This document shows, piece after piece, positions 52,220-60,350 of a DNA stretch of 62,031 bases (within the stretch, counting starts at the first letter, position 1; each line of letters opens with the position of its first letter). The position numbers were made by a program, and so were the translations under genes. The notes beneath the pieces are model-generated. The model searched no databases. It was given only the letters and a program-made list of their open reading frames with translations, and was not told the origin of the DNA. The stretch comes from Candidatus Magasanikiibacteriota bacterium (GTDB lineage: Bacteria; Patescibacteriota; Patescibacteriia; Magasanikbacterales; 2-02-FULL-50-9b), in NCBI GenBank assembly GCA_023246755.1, contig JAHFHU010000006.1, positions 1 through 62,031 on the forward strand, given 5' to 3'.

Positions 52220-54982
52220 ATGTCATTTTTTACGAAAATTTTTGGCGATCCGAATCAGAAAGTATTGAATGCATTCCGGCCGCTGGTTACTGAAATCAAT
52301 GAATTCGCGGATTCTTGCGCGGCATTGTCCGGCGAGCAACTCAAAGAAAAAACAGTCGAATTTCGGGCGCGCCTTGCGGCCGGTGAAACGCTTGATGATA
52401 TTTTACCCGAATCATTTGCAACGGTTCGCGAAGTTGCGAAGCGCACGATTGGTCAGTTTCACTATGATGTGCAGCTCATGGGCGGCATTGTTTTGCATCG
52501 GGGGCAGATCGCTGAAATGCGAACGGGTGAAGGGAAAACGTTGACCGGAACGTTGCCAACGTATCTACATGCGCTGGATGGCCGTGGTGTGCATGTGATC
52601 ACCGTCAATGATTATTTGGCGAAACGTGATGCGGTGTGGATGGGGCAAATTTTTCATGCGCTCGGTTTGACCGTCGGCATTATTCAACAACAGATGACAT
52701 CGTATGTGTACGATCCGAATTATCGTGTCGTGCAGCGCGTGACGAGTGAGGGCGTGACTGATCAGGGAACAGCCGCAGATGTTGAGCGCGACGAGACCGG
52801 CTCATTTCATGTTGAGATGGATTATCTGCGTCCGTGTGAACGGCGCGAGGCGTATGCCGCCGACATCACGTATGGCACGAATAACGAATTTGGTTTTGAT
52901 TATTTGCGCGATAACATGGTGTATTCAGCGCGTGAAATGGTGCAGCGTGGGCTTGCCTATACAATCATCGACGAAGTTGATTCAATTTTGATTGATGAGG
53001 CGCGAACGCCTTTGATTATCAGCGCACCTGCCGAAGAATCGAGTGACACATATGCGCGGTGTGCGGGGATTGCACGTCAGCTTAAAATAAAAGAGCATTT
53101 TATCGTTGACGAAAAACAACGCACGGTAACGTTGACTGATATTGGTATCGCGCATTGTGAGACGCTGCTCGGCGTTGAAAATTTGTATATCGAGGGCGGA
53201 CATCGATTGGTGCACCATGTTGATTCGGCTTTGCGCGCGGAAGTTTTGTACAAACGCGACAAGGATTATGTCGTGAAGGATGGCGAAATTTTAATCGTCG
53301 ATGAATTTACGGGTCGGTTGATGCACGGTCGTCGCTATTCGGAAGGTTTGCATCAGGCGATTGAAGCGAAAGAGGGTGTGCCGGTTCAGCGCGAAAGTCA
53401 GACGCTCGCGACGATTACGTTCCAAAACTTTTTTCGTTTGTACGATCGCATCGCGGGCATGACCGGAACTGCGGTGACCGAAGCTGAAGAGTTTGGAAAA
53501 ATTTATAAGCTTGAGGTTGTCGTGATTCCGCCGAACAAAATTTCGCAGCGTGTTGATTTGGGCGACCAAATTTATCGAACCGAGGCGGGAAAATTTGCGG
53601 CTGTTGTTCGTGAAGTTCGAGCGCGCAATGAAAAAGGTCAGCCGGTTTTGATCGGCACGATTTCGATTGAGAAAAATGAGATGTTGTCACACCTGCTTGA
53701 GCTTGAAGGAATTCCGCATCAGATTTTGAATGCGAAAAATCATGAGCGGGAAGGTGAAATTGTTGCGCAGGCCGGGCGGCGTGGCGCGGTGACACTTGCG
53801 ACAAATATGGCGGGCCGTGGCGTTGATATTATTTTGGGTGGAAATCCGGTGAACGCAGACGACCAAACGCACGTTCGCACCGCGGGTGGGTTGCTCGTGA
53901 TCGGAACGGAGCGGCATGAATCACGTCGTATTGATAATCAGCTTCGCGGGCGCGCAGGCCGGCAAGGCGATCCGGGTTCGACGCAGTTTTATATTTCGAC
54001 TGAAGATGATCTGATGCGTATTTTTGGTTCTGACCGGATGAAAAATTTGATGACACGTTTGAATGTGCCGGATGATATGCCGATCGAGCATGCGCTCATC
54101 ACGAAGTCGCTCGAGACCGCGCAGAAAAAAGTTGAGGGACACAATTTTGATATTCGTAAGCATCTGCTTGAATATGATGATGTGCTCAATCGTCATCGTG
54201 AGGTGATCTACAAAAAGCGGCGTGATATTTTGGAGGCGAGTGAAGCCGACGATGGGTCCGGGCTTGAGCGCGTGATCGCGCTCGTTGACGAAATGCTTGA
54301 AGCTGAAGTTGAGAGTTTGGTTTTTCAAGCAACCGAAGTTGCGGGAGGCATGGATATTGACGTTGACGGATTGCGTCGTGCGCTCGCAACATTGTTACAG
54401 ACGGACAATACAACCGTTGAGAAATTTTTGTTGCCGATTGAAACGGCAGATCAAAAAGATGTTGTGCAATTGCGCACGGAATTGATTGAGCCGCTTGTTG
54501 CACATGCCCAAGCGCGGTTGCGCGACGTCGCCGCTCGCATGGATGATTCCGCATCTGCGCTTCAAACATTGTCGAGTGTGATGCTCCGCGCGCTCGACGC
54601 GCTGTGGATCGAACATTTGGAAGCGCTCAATTATCTGCGCACCGGAATTGGTTTGCGCGGTTATGGCCAACGTGATCCGCTCGTTGAATATAAGCGTGAG
54701 TCGTATCGGTTGTTTCAGGAGTTGCTCGCGTATGTGCAGAAGGATGTGGTGTATGCGGTGCTCGCGATCGAAACCGCGATGCGCACGATGCCGGGACTTA
54801 TGGAGCGTCAAGGAATTATTTTGTCCGGCGCGGCGAAAACGCAAACAGCGCCCGCGGTTCATGACGGCGAAATTGTAACGGGGCACGCAGAAACCGTTAC
54901 CATCAATGGCGAAAAAGTGGGGCGCAATGATGTCTGCCCGTGCGGATCGGGAAAGAAATATAAAAAATGTCACGGCATGTAA
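52220..54982 (+). CDS. secA: Preprotein translocase ATPase SecA
   Basis: IAEMRTGEGKTL, VTVNDYLA and IIDEVDSILIDEARTPLIIS, plus the C-terminal Zn motif CPCGSGKKYKKCHG. ATG 52220 is preferred over the track's TTG 52178. Confidence 0.95.
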   Translation: MSFFTKIFGDPNQKVLNAFRPLVTEINEFADSCAALSGEQLKEKTVEFRARLAAGETLDDILPESFATVREVAKRTIGQFHYDVQLMGGIVLHRGQIAEMRTGEGKTLTGTLPTYLHALDGRGVHVITVNDYLAKRDAVWMGQIFHALGLTVGIIQQQMTSYVYDPNYRVVQRVTSEGVTDQGTAADVERDETGSFHVEMDYLRPCERREAYAADITYGTNNEFGFDYLRDNMVYSAREMVQRGLAYTIIDEVDSILIDEARTPLIISAPAEESSDTYARCAGIARQLKIKEHFIVDEKQRTVTLTDIGIAHCETLLGVENLYIEGGHRLVHHVDSALRAEVLYKRDKDYVVKDGEILIVDEFTGRLMHGRRYSEGLHQAIEAKEGVPVQRESQTLATITFQNFFRLYDRIAGMTGTAVTEAEEFGKIYKLEVVVIPPNKISQRVDLGDQIYRTEAGKFAAVVREVRARNEKGQPVLIGTISIEKNEMLSHLLELEGIPHQILNAKNHEREGEIVAQAGRRGAVTLATNMAGRGVDIILGGNPVNADDQTHVRTAGGLLVIGTERHESRRIDNQLRGRAGRQGDPGSTQFYISTEDDLMRIFGSDRMKNLMTRLNVPDDMPIEHALITKSLETAQKKVEGHNFDIRKHLLEYDDVLNRHREVIYKKRRDILEASEADDGSGLERVIALVDEMLEAEVESLVFQATEVAGGMDIDVDGLRRALATLLQTDNTTVEKFLLPIETADQKDVVQLRTELIEPLVAHAQARLRDVAARMDDSASALQTLSSVMLRALDALWIEHLEALNYLRTGIGLRGYGQRDPLVEYKRESYRLFQELLAYVQKDVVYAVLAIETAMRTMPGLMERQGIILSGAAKTQTAPAVHDGEIVTGHAETVTINGEKVGRNDVCPCGSGKKYKKCHGM

Positions 54983-55119
54983 TTAAATCTCTATTCGAGC
55001 GCACGCGTTAATTTTCCCAGCGGAAAATTCCGCTCTCTCTCGGCGTTGCTCGTCACGCCACAGACGTGACACCGGCCCGCAACGCCTGCGAGAGACGCTC
55101 TCACAGAGGATTTAATTAC
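54979..55119. repeat. 141-bp imperfect composite palindrome (MITE-like or structured RNA) immediately after secA
   Basis: The outer arm GTAATTAAATCTCT (54979-54992) pairs with AGAGGATTTAATTAC (55105-55119). Inner pairings are GGCGTTGC/GCAACGCC, GTCACG/CGTGAC (55053-55070) and a side hairpin AGCGG/CCGCT. Confidence 0.6.
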
Positions 55120-55127
55120 AGGATTTC

Positions 55128-55155
55128 TTGCTTTAAGCTAATGCGTAGTTATAAA
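55128..55155 (+). promoter_or_regulatory. Candidate promoter of the nucleotide-centric cluster (TTGCTT-16 nt-TATAAA)
   Basis: TTGCTT at 55128-55133 and TATAAA at 55150-55155, 13 nt before ATG 55168. Confidence 0.45.
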
Positions 55156-55167
55156 TTTTTCAAAAGT

Positions 55168-55446
55168 ATGAAAACAAAAGAAGACATAATCAATCAAATG
55201 CGTGCAGAGGGTTTTTTAATTATTAATGAATATAATGATGCACCAAGTGAAGAGTTTCCTGATCATGATCATGAAGGAGATCAGTTTTTAGTCGTGCTTA
55301 GTGGTTCGATCACGATAACAATGGATGGAAAAGTTTCTATTTTGCTGCCCGGCGATGAAATGTTTTTTCCTGCGCATGTAATACACAGTGCAAAAGTTGG
55401 GCCGGAAGGTTGTTTGTATATTGATGGGGAACGATCAAATGAGTGA
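55168..55446 (+). CDS. Cupin-domain protein (~92 aa)
   Basis: Cupin motif 1 is PDHDHEGDQFLVVLSG and motif 2 is GDEMFFPAHVIHSA. ATG 55141 is an alternative start but lies inside the putative promoter. Confidence 0.7.
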   Translation: MKTKEDIINQMRAEGFLIINEYNDAPSEEFPDHDHEGDQFLVVLSGSITITMDGKVSILLPGDEMFFPAHVIHSAKVGPEGCLYIDGERSNE

Positions 55447-55460
55447 CTATAAATCATGAT

Positions 55461-55514
55461 ATGTGTCCGCGTGGTTCAGGAAAAAAATATAAAAATTGTC
55501 ACGGTTCAAATTAA
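55461..55514 (+). other. 17-codon mini-ORF MCPRGSGKKYKNCHGSN; a SEC-C motif relic resembling the 3' end of secA
   Basis: 34 of 42 nt are identical to secA codons CPCGSGKKYKKCHG (54935-54976). The second Zn-ligand Cys is replaced by Arg. Confidence 0.5.
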
Positions 55515-55518
55515 AAAT

Positions 55519-55905
55519 ATGTCTCAAACATCTAAGCTCGTCGCTTCAGCACTCATCATTAAAGGTGATACTATTTTGTTAGTTCAAAATCAAAAAAATC
55601 CAAAGAAAGGTTGCTATGGATTTCCGGGCGGCGTTGTTAAGCTTGCAAATCCGATCAAAGCACTTGAGGAAATGGTTTCTACTGACACGGGTTGTAAATT
55701 TAGTGGCGAATTTTTCACGTATAACTATCGCGATGAAGAATTTCCCGTCGCTACACTATTTTTTATTGGGACAACCAAAAGCAAGCCACAAAGTCTCGGT
55801 ATAAATATTGTTGATGCGAAATTTTTCCCCATCGAAGAAGCGCTTACAATGGATTTGGCGCATGAGCATAATGCGATTTTGGAGCAGTACGTGGCGACGT
55901 GCTAA
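55519..55905 (+). CDS. Nudix-fold protein with a degenerate Nudix box
   Basis: The N-terminal region ASALIIKGDTILLVQNQ...YGFPGG is typical of Nudix proteins. The box reads GGVVKLANPIKALEEMVSTDTGC and lacks the REx2EE catalytic core. Confidence 0.65.
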   Translation: MSQTSKLVASALIIKGDTILLVQNQKNPKKGCYGFPGGVVKLANPIKALEEMVSTDTGCKFSGEFFTYNYRDEEFPVATLFFIGTTKSKPQSLGINIVDAKFFPIEEALTMDLAHEHNAILEQYVATC

Positions 55906-55906
55906 T

Positions 55907-56287
55907 ATGAAAATCGCAATTTGTGGCAGCATGAAATTTTCTGCCGACATGCTTGAGACAAAAATCGCGCTCGAAGCATTGGGCCACGAGGTGACGGTGC
56001 CAAAGGGGGTGTTTATGGATAGTGAAAATGCGCAGTTGAAAATTGAACATGATTATATCCGACATTATCATGGAAAAATTTCTGAGGCTGATGCAATTTT
56101 AGTTTTGAATAAAACAAAAAATGGTGTTGAAAATTATATCGGTGGAAATACCTTGATGGAACTTGGTTTCGCGCATGTGATGAATAAAAAAATTTATTTG
56201 ATGCATCCGATTCCGCAGATGGGATACACGGATGAAATTATTGCGGTGGAGCCGTTTGTGTTGCATGGTGATTTCTCGTTACTATGA
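55907..56287 (+). CDS. Nucleoside 2-deoxyribosyltransferase-like (flavodoxin-like fold) protein
   Basis: MKIAICGSMKF..., later ADAILVLN...GGNTLMELGFAHVMNKKIYLM. This is the pattern of the NDT-like/Nuc_deoxyri_tr2-type family as I recall it. Confidence 0.5.
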   Translation: MKIAICGSMKFSADMLETKIALEALGHEVTVPKGVFMDSENAQLKIEHDYIRHYHGKISEADAILVLNKTKNGVENYIGGNTLMELGFAHVMNKKIYLMHPIPQMGYTDEIIAVEPFVLHGDFSLL

Positions 56288-56709
56288 GCGAACCGATTGG
56301 ATTTTACGAAGGCCGCTTCTACATGCTCTCAAATTTCAGCGCACATCAGGTTGTGTATGAGGGCGTGCGATATGCGACGTCGGAGCATGCGTATCAAGCT
56401 GCAAAATTTTCGGATTTGGTGCAGCGCGAAAAAATTATGCAGGCGCCCAGTGCTTTTTTAGCTCGCGAGTACGGGCAGTCGCTCGACGGCCGCGTGGAAT
56501 CATTTGATAAAATCGGTGTTATCAAAAATATCATGCGCGAAAAAATGGTGCAGCATGACGATGTGCGCGAAGCGCTTCGAGCAACAGGCGACGCGGAAAT
56601 TTTAAAAAATCATCCGGACGATGACGGATTTTGGGGAATGGGCCCTGATGGCAGCGGACAAAACAACATGGGAAAAATTTGGATGGAACTGCGCGCAGAA
56701 ATTATATGA
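56284..56709 (+). CDS. NADAR (DUF1768, YbiA-like) family protein
   Basis: FYMLSNFSAHQVVYEGVRYATSEHAYQAAKF and DDDGFWGMGPDGSGQNNMGKIWMELR are hallmark NADAR motifs. ATGA overlap with the upstream gene. Confidence 0.8.
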   Translation: MSEPIGFYEGRFYMLSNFSAHQVVYEGVRYATSEHAYQAAKFSDLVQREKIMQAPSAFLAREYGQSLDGRVESFDKIGVIKNIMREKMVQHDDVREALRATGDAEILKNHPDDDGFWGMGPDGSGQNNMGKIWMELRAEII

Positions 56710-57281
56710 AATTGATTCTTGGCTCTTCGTCAAAATTTCGCCGCAGTGTAATGGACGAATTGGGTGTGCACTACGAAGTTGTTGTGCCAGATATAGATGA
56801 AAAAGCAATTCGTTCGAATGACCCCGATGAATTGGTGCTTGCAATTGCAAATGCAAAGGCGGATGCGGTGGTGGCGCGCGTGCAGGAACCTGCATTCGTG
56901 ATAACATCCGATCAGGTCGTAGTGTGGAATGGACAGATACGCGAAAAGGCGGAATCAATTGAGCAGGCGAAGGAATTTATTCGATCGTACAGCGAACATT
57001 CGGCGGTGGTTGTGAATGGCATGACGGTCACGAACACAGAAACCGGAAAGCGCGTGCACAGTGTTGAGGCGATGCACGTGTGGTATATGCCAATACCAGA
57101 AGATATTATTGACCTGATCGCATCTGAGCCGGATACAATGTTGTCAGCTGGCGCACTCCGATTCGAATCGTCAATCTGGCAAAAATTTATGATTCACACC
57201 GATGGATCGGCCGATCACGCGATGGGGTTGCCAAAAAAACAATTGTTTGATTTGTTTAAACAACACGGACTTGACTTATAA
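56706..57281 (+). CDS. maf: Maf-family nucleoside triphosphate pyrophosphatase
   Basis: MKLILGSSSKFRRSVMDELG...PDIDEK is the typical Maf N-terminus. ATGA overlap with the NADAR gene. Confidence 0.8.
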   Translation: MKLILGSSSKFRRSVMDELGVHYEVVVPDIDEKAIRSNDPDELVLAIANAKADAVVARVQEPAFVITSDQVVVWNGQIREKAESIEQAKEFIRSYSEHSAVVVNGMTVTNTETGKRVHSVEAMHVWYMPIPEDIIDLIASEPDTMLSAGALRFESSIWQKFMIHTDGSADHAMGLPKKQLFDLFKQHGLDL

Positions 57282-57335
57282 AAGTTGCCTTCTCTCACAA
57301 AGAAGCGTAAACTTCGTTATAGTTTTACCATAAAT

Positions 57336-58253
57336 ATGCTTAGTGAAAAATCAGCTTTTTTTTCAAATCTACCATATGCAATATATGTCGAAGCGAATGG
57401 TGACCCAACTGGAACTTGTTGTTTGTTTATTCCCGGTGGTTACCATACAGGTTTTTGTTACACTAAAACACCTGATGGGCGTGACGGATGGGGAAAGATC
57501 GCAGCAAATTATGGGTATCATTCATTGATTACTGATGTGCCCGGAACAGGGAGGTCAGGCGGGGTTCCATTTGAAAAAATTAACAGTCAATTTATTGTTG
57601 ACGCCTATGTTGATTTAATCAACAAAATTGACCAGAAGGTTATTATTTTTGTCCACTCGCTTTCCGGAAGTATTGGTTTTAAGATTGCGGAGACGATACC
57701 AAACAAAGTTAGTCATTTAGTTGCTGTTGAGCCAAGCATGTTTGGTAACATTCAGGAGGTGCTTATCCCTAAAACAGAAACGGATGAGATGGTGTGTGTC
57801 AACTTTCATGGTTTGGAATTTAAACTTGATATGACCAAAGCCGCTCCTGCTTCGCAGCAAGTAATTGATAGATTTACAACAAAAAACGATTCGACTAAAT
57901 TATTATTTCCGAAGTATTCAGAACAGCACTTAGATCAGTATGCGGCCTCGCTGCAAAATCAGCATCCGCGGCTTCTTTATGAGCTTTTTAATATAAGAGA
58001 GTCAAAATTAAAAATTGAAAATTTTGGTTCTCTTAAGTGTATCCAGTTTCTTGTCTTGACGTCACCCGATGATCCGTTACATAAAGAAGATGATATAAAA
58101 ATAGTCACAAAACTTCGCGAAGAAGGTTGTAATGTGGAACACTGGAACAAAGGAGCGCATGGAACAGAGGGTAACACTCACATGATGATGATTGAAAAAA
58201 ATAATGAAAATATATTCATTGAGATTAATAAATGGATTTTAAATAATAAATAA
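57336..58253 (+). CDS. Alpha/beta-fold hydrolase
   Basis: The nucleophile elbow VHSLSGSIGF comes after a beta-strand, and a C-terminal His is present (GNTHMMM). ATG 57336 is preferred over the track's TTG 57285. Confidence 0.65.
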   Translation: MLSEKSAFFSNLPYAIYVEANGDPTGTCCLFIPGGYHTGFCYTKTPDGRDGWGKIAANYGYHSLITDVPGTGRSGGVPFEKINSQFIVDAYVDLINKIDQKVIIFVHSLSGSIGFKIAETIPNKVSHLVAVEPSMFGNIQEVLIPKTETDEMVCVNFHGLEFKLDMTKAAPASQQVIDRFTTKNDSTKLLFPKYSEQHLDQYAASLQNQHPRLLYELFNIRESKLKIENFGSLKCIQFLVLTSPDDPLHKEDDIKIVTKLREEGCNVEHWNKGAHGTEGNTHMMMIEKNNENIFIEINKWILNNK

Positions 58254-58254
58254 T

Positions 58255-58986
58255 ATGAGTAACAAATTTCCGGATCAGAATCAACCATCACACGAAAGTC
58301 TTTATGGTGGAAAACACAAAGGTGATACATGGACACTCAGTGAAAATTTTGATAAGAACCCGAGGGGTGCAGCGATTCAATTTATTAGAAATAAATTTTC
58401 TGGACCAATTTCAGTTCTCGACATTGGTTGTGGTAAAGGTGTAAACACCATGTGGGTTGCAAAAGATGACGTACAAAGTAATTGGGTTGGTGTTGACGCG
58501 GTAGCCCCAGATAAGATTGGTATCCAAATACCAGTAGAAAACAAAAATGTGGCATTCGTTCAGGGTGATTTTCTTCATGATGATTCGCTTTCCGCAAAGA
58601 ACTTGGAGTTGCAACAACAATTTGAAATTGTTGTTGATCAAGGTGCGGCATTTGTTGAGATTGACGATGAAGTGGTGATGAGTAAATATCTCGCTAAAAT
58701 AGCGAGATATTTGAAAACAGGGGGTTACTTTATTGCACTAACAGTGGAGGGTAAACACGGGACGACGATTTGGCCTGATGGTAGAAAACGGGTTTTTCAT
58801 GACTTAAGTGATTTTGAAAAAGTACCGTTTTCAGAATACTTTGAAGTGGAAAAAGTTACGGGTAACTTTGGTTATAGTTATTTACCCGAAGATGCAGCCT
58901 TACCACATGTAAAAAATCCAATGGGAGCAAAAACAGGTGATGAAAGACAAGTTGTTATGGTACATATTTTTTTCAAGAAAAAATAA
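58255..58986 (+). CDS. Class I SAM-dependent methyltransferase
   Basis: Motif I is VLDIGCGKGVN. The acidic post-I residue and motif II (FEIVVDQGA) are present. Confidence 0.75.
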   Translation: MSNKFPDQNQPSHESLYGGKHKGDTWTLSENFDKNPRGAAIQFIRNKFSGPISVLDIGCGKGVNTMWVAKDDVQSNWVGVDAVAPDKIGIQIPVENKNVAFVQGDFLHDDSLSAKNLELQQQFEIVVDQGAAFVEIDDEVVMSKYLAKIARYLKTGGYFIALTVEGKHGTTIWPDGRKRVFHDLSDFEKVPFSEYFEVEKVTGNFGYSYLPEDAALPHVKNPMGAKTGDERQVVMVHIFFKKK

Positions 58987-59061
58987 GCGAGTCAGCATTA
59001 TTGTGTTTCAACCGTGCGCGATGTTGTTATCTGCATTTAGATTTAAATTTTTGATTGGATT

Positions 59062-59325
59062 ATGAATTTAAATAATCATGAACCGCTTGCATGGTCCGAA
59101 GCCGCCGGTTCGTTACAGCCTGGCCGATACCAACATTACAAAGGTGGAATTTATGAAGTTCTTGGCGGCGCGCGTCACAGCGAGACGTTGGAAGAATTAG
59201 TCGTGTACAAACATGACGGCGAATTGTGGGTGCGGCCGCTCACTATGTTTTTGGAAACAGTAGAGTATAATGGCGTTCGACTCGCGAGATTCACTTTTAT
59301 CGGAACAAATTATGTCACCCCATGA
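59062..59325 (+). CDS. DUF1653-domain protein
   Basis: YQHYKGGIYEVLGGARHSETLEELVVYKHDGELWVRPLTMF matches the DUF1653 signature. Confidence 0.75.
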   Translation: MNLNNHEPLAWSEAAGSLQPGRYQHYKGGIYEVLGGARHSETLEELVVYKHDGELWVRPLTMFLETVEYNGVRLARFTFIGTNYVTP

Positions 59326-59683
59326 ATACATCCAGAATGCGCTACGCACCGAAACAAAACAGTACCGTTTTTCGACAACCGACGAAGTTACACCGCGCAT
59401 CGAGCATGCGGTGATGGGGCTCGTGACTGAAGCGGGCGAGTGTATGGACGCGCTCAAGAAAGCAAAAATCTATGGTAAGCAGCTTGATAAAGTTAATTTG
59501 ATGGAAGAGGCGGGGGATATTATGTGGTATCTCGCAATTTTGGCCGACGAACTTGGCGTTTCGTTTGAAGATATGTGGGAAAAAAATATCGCGAAATTGC
59601 GCGTACGGTTTCCAGAAAAATATACGAATGAATTGGCTGATAATCACGACATCATAGCCGAGCGTGCTGCGCTGGAGCAATAA
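59312..59683 (+). CDS. MazG-like all-alpha nucleotide pyrophosphohydrolase
   Basis: GLVTEAGECMDALKK and MEEAGDIMWYLAILADELG provide the EExxE/D metal-binding helices. Overlaps the DUF1653 gene by 14 nt. Confidence 0.75.
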   Translation: MSPHEYIQNALRTETKQYRFSTTDEVTPRIEHAVMGLVTEAGECMDALKKAKIYGKQLDKVNLMEEAGDIMWYLAILADELGVSFEDMWEKNIAKLRVRFPEKYTNELADNHDIIAERAALEQ

Positions 59684-59684
59684 T

Positions 59685-60278
59685 ATGATGCATGATATTG
59701 ATTTGCTTTTTGAAGTTGGCGCGTATCGTCATGTGAAGCGCATGTGGATGCAGCATTTTCACGACGGCATCATGGAAAATGATGCGGAGCACTCATTTCG
59801 AGTAATTTGGATCGCGCTCACGCTCGCACGTAACGAAAAAGTTGATGTCGATTACAAAAAACTCATGACGATGGCACTGATTCATGATATTCCCGAAATT
59901 CGCTGTGGCGATCAGAGTATCGTACAAAAACTTTACGTGACGTGCGATGAGGACGCGGCGTTGAAGGATATGCTGGGTGAAACGTCGCTCAAAGATTTTA
60001 TCGAGGTGTACCAAGAATACAAGTTGCGCGACTGTATTGAAGCTCAAATTGTGAAAGATGCGGACAATCTCGAGGTAGATTTTGAACTTGCCGAGCGCGC
60101 CGCAACAGGTTCTGATCTGGCCCGCATGTGGATCAAGGAGCAGCGGCCGCAGGTTCGCGAAAAATTATACACAGATTCAGCACGGCGCATGTTCGATGAA
60201 TTGGTTGCAAACGGTAACCCGCATCAATGGATGCTTCGTAAGAATAAGTTTACCGAAAACCCGAATCATTCGGAGTAG
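59685..60278 (+). CDS. HD-domain phosphohydrolase, YfbR-like 5'-deoxynucleotidase family
   Basis: ENDAEHSFRV (His), LIHDIPEIRCGD (HD...D) and KDADNLE. Starts 2 nt after the MazG-like stop. Confidence 0.75.
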   Translation: MMHDIDLLFEVGAYRHVKRMWMQHFHDGIMENDAEHSFRVIWIALTLARNEKVDVDYKKLMTMALIHDIPEIRCGDQSIVQKLYVTCDEDAALKDMLGETSLKDFIEVYQEYKLRDCIEAQIVKDADNLEVDFELAERAATGSDLARMWIKEQRPQVREKLYTDSARRMFDELVANGNPHQWMLRKNKFTENPNHSE

Positions 60279-60297
60279 TTGTCCACCGTTTGCAGGC

Positions 60298-60326
60298 TTG
60301 CCTTTGGCGCGTGCTTCTGATAATAT
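60298..60326 (+). promoter_or_regulatory. Candidate secD promoter (TTGCCT-17 nt-TAATAT)
   Basis: TTGCCT at 60298-60303 and TAATAT at 60321-60326. ATG at 60351. Confidence 0.45.
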
Positions 60327-60350
60327 TGAGCCACTTTCTAAACGATTGGT

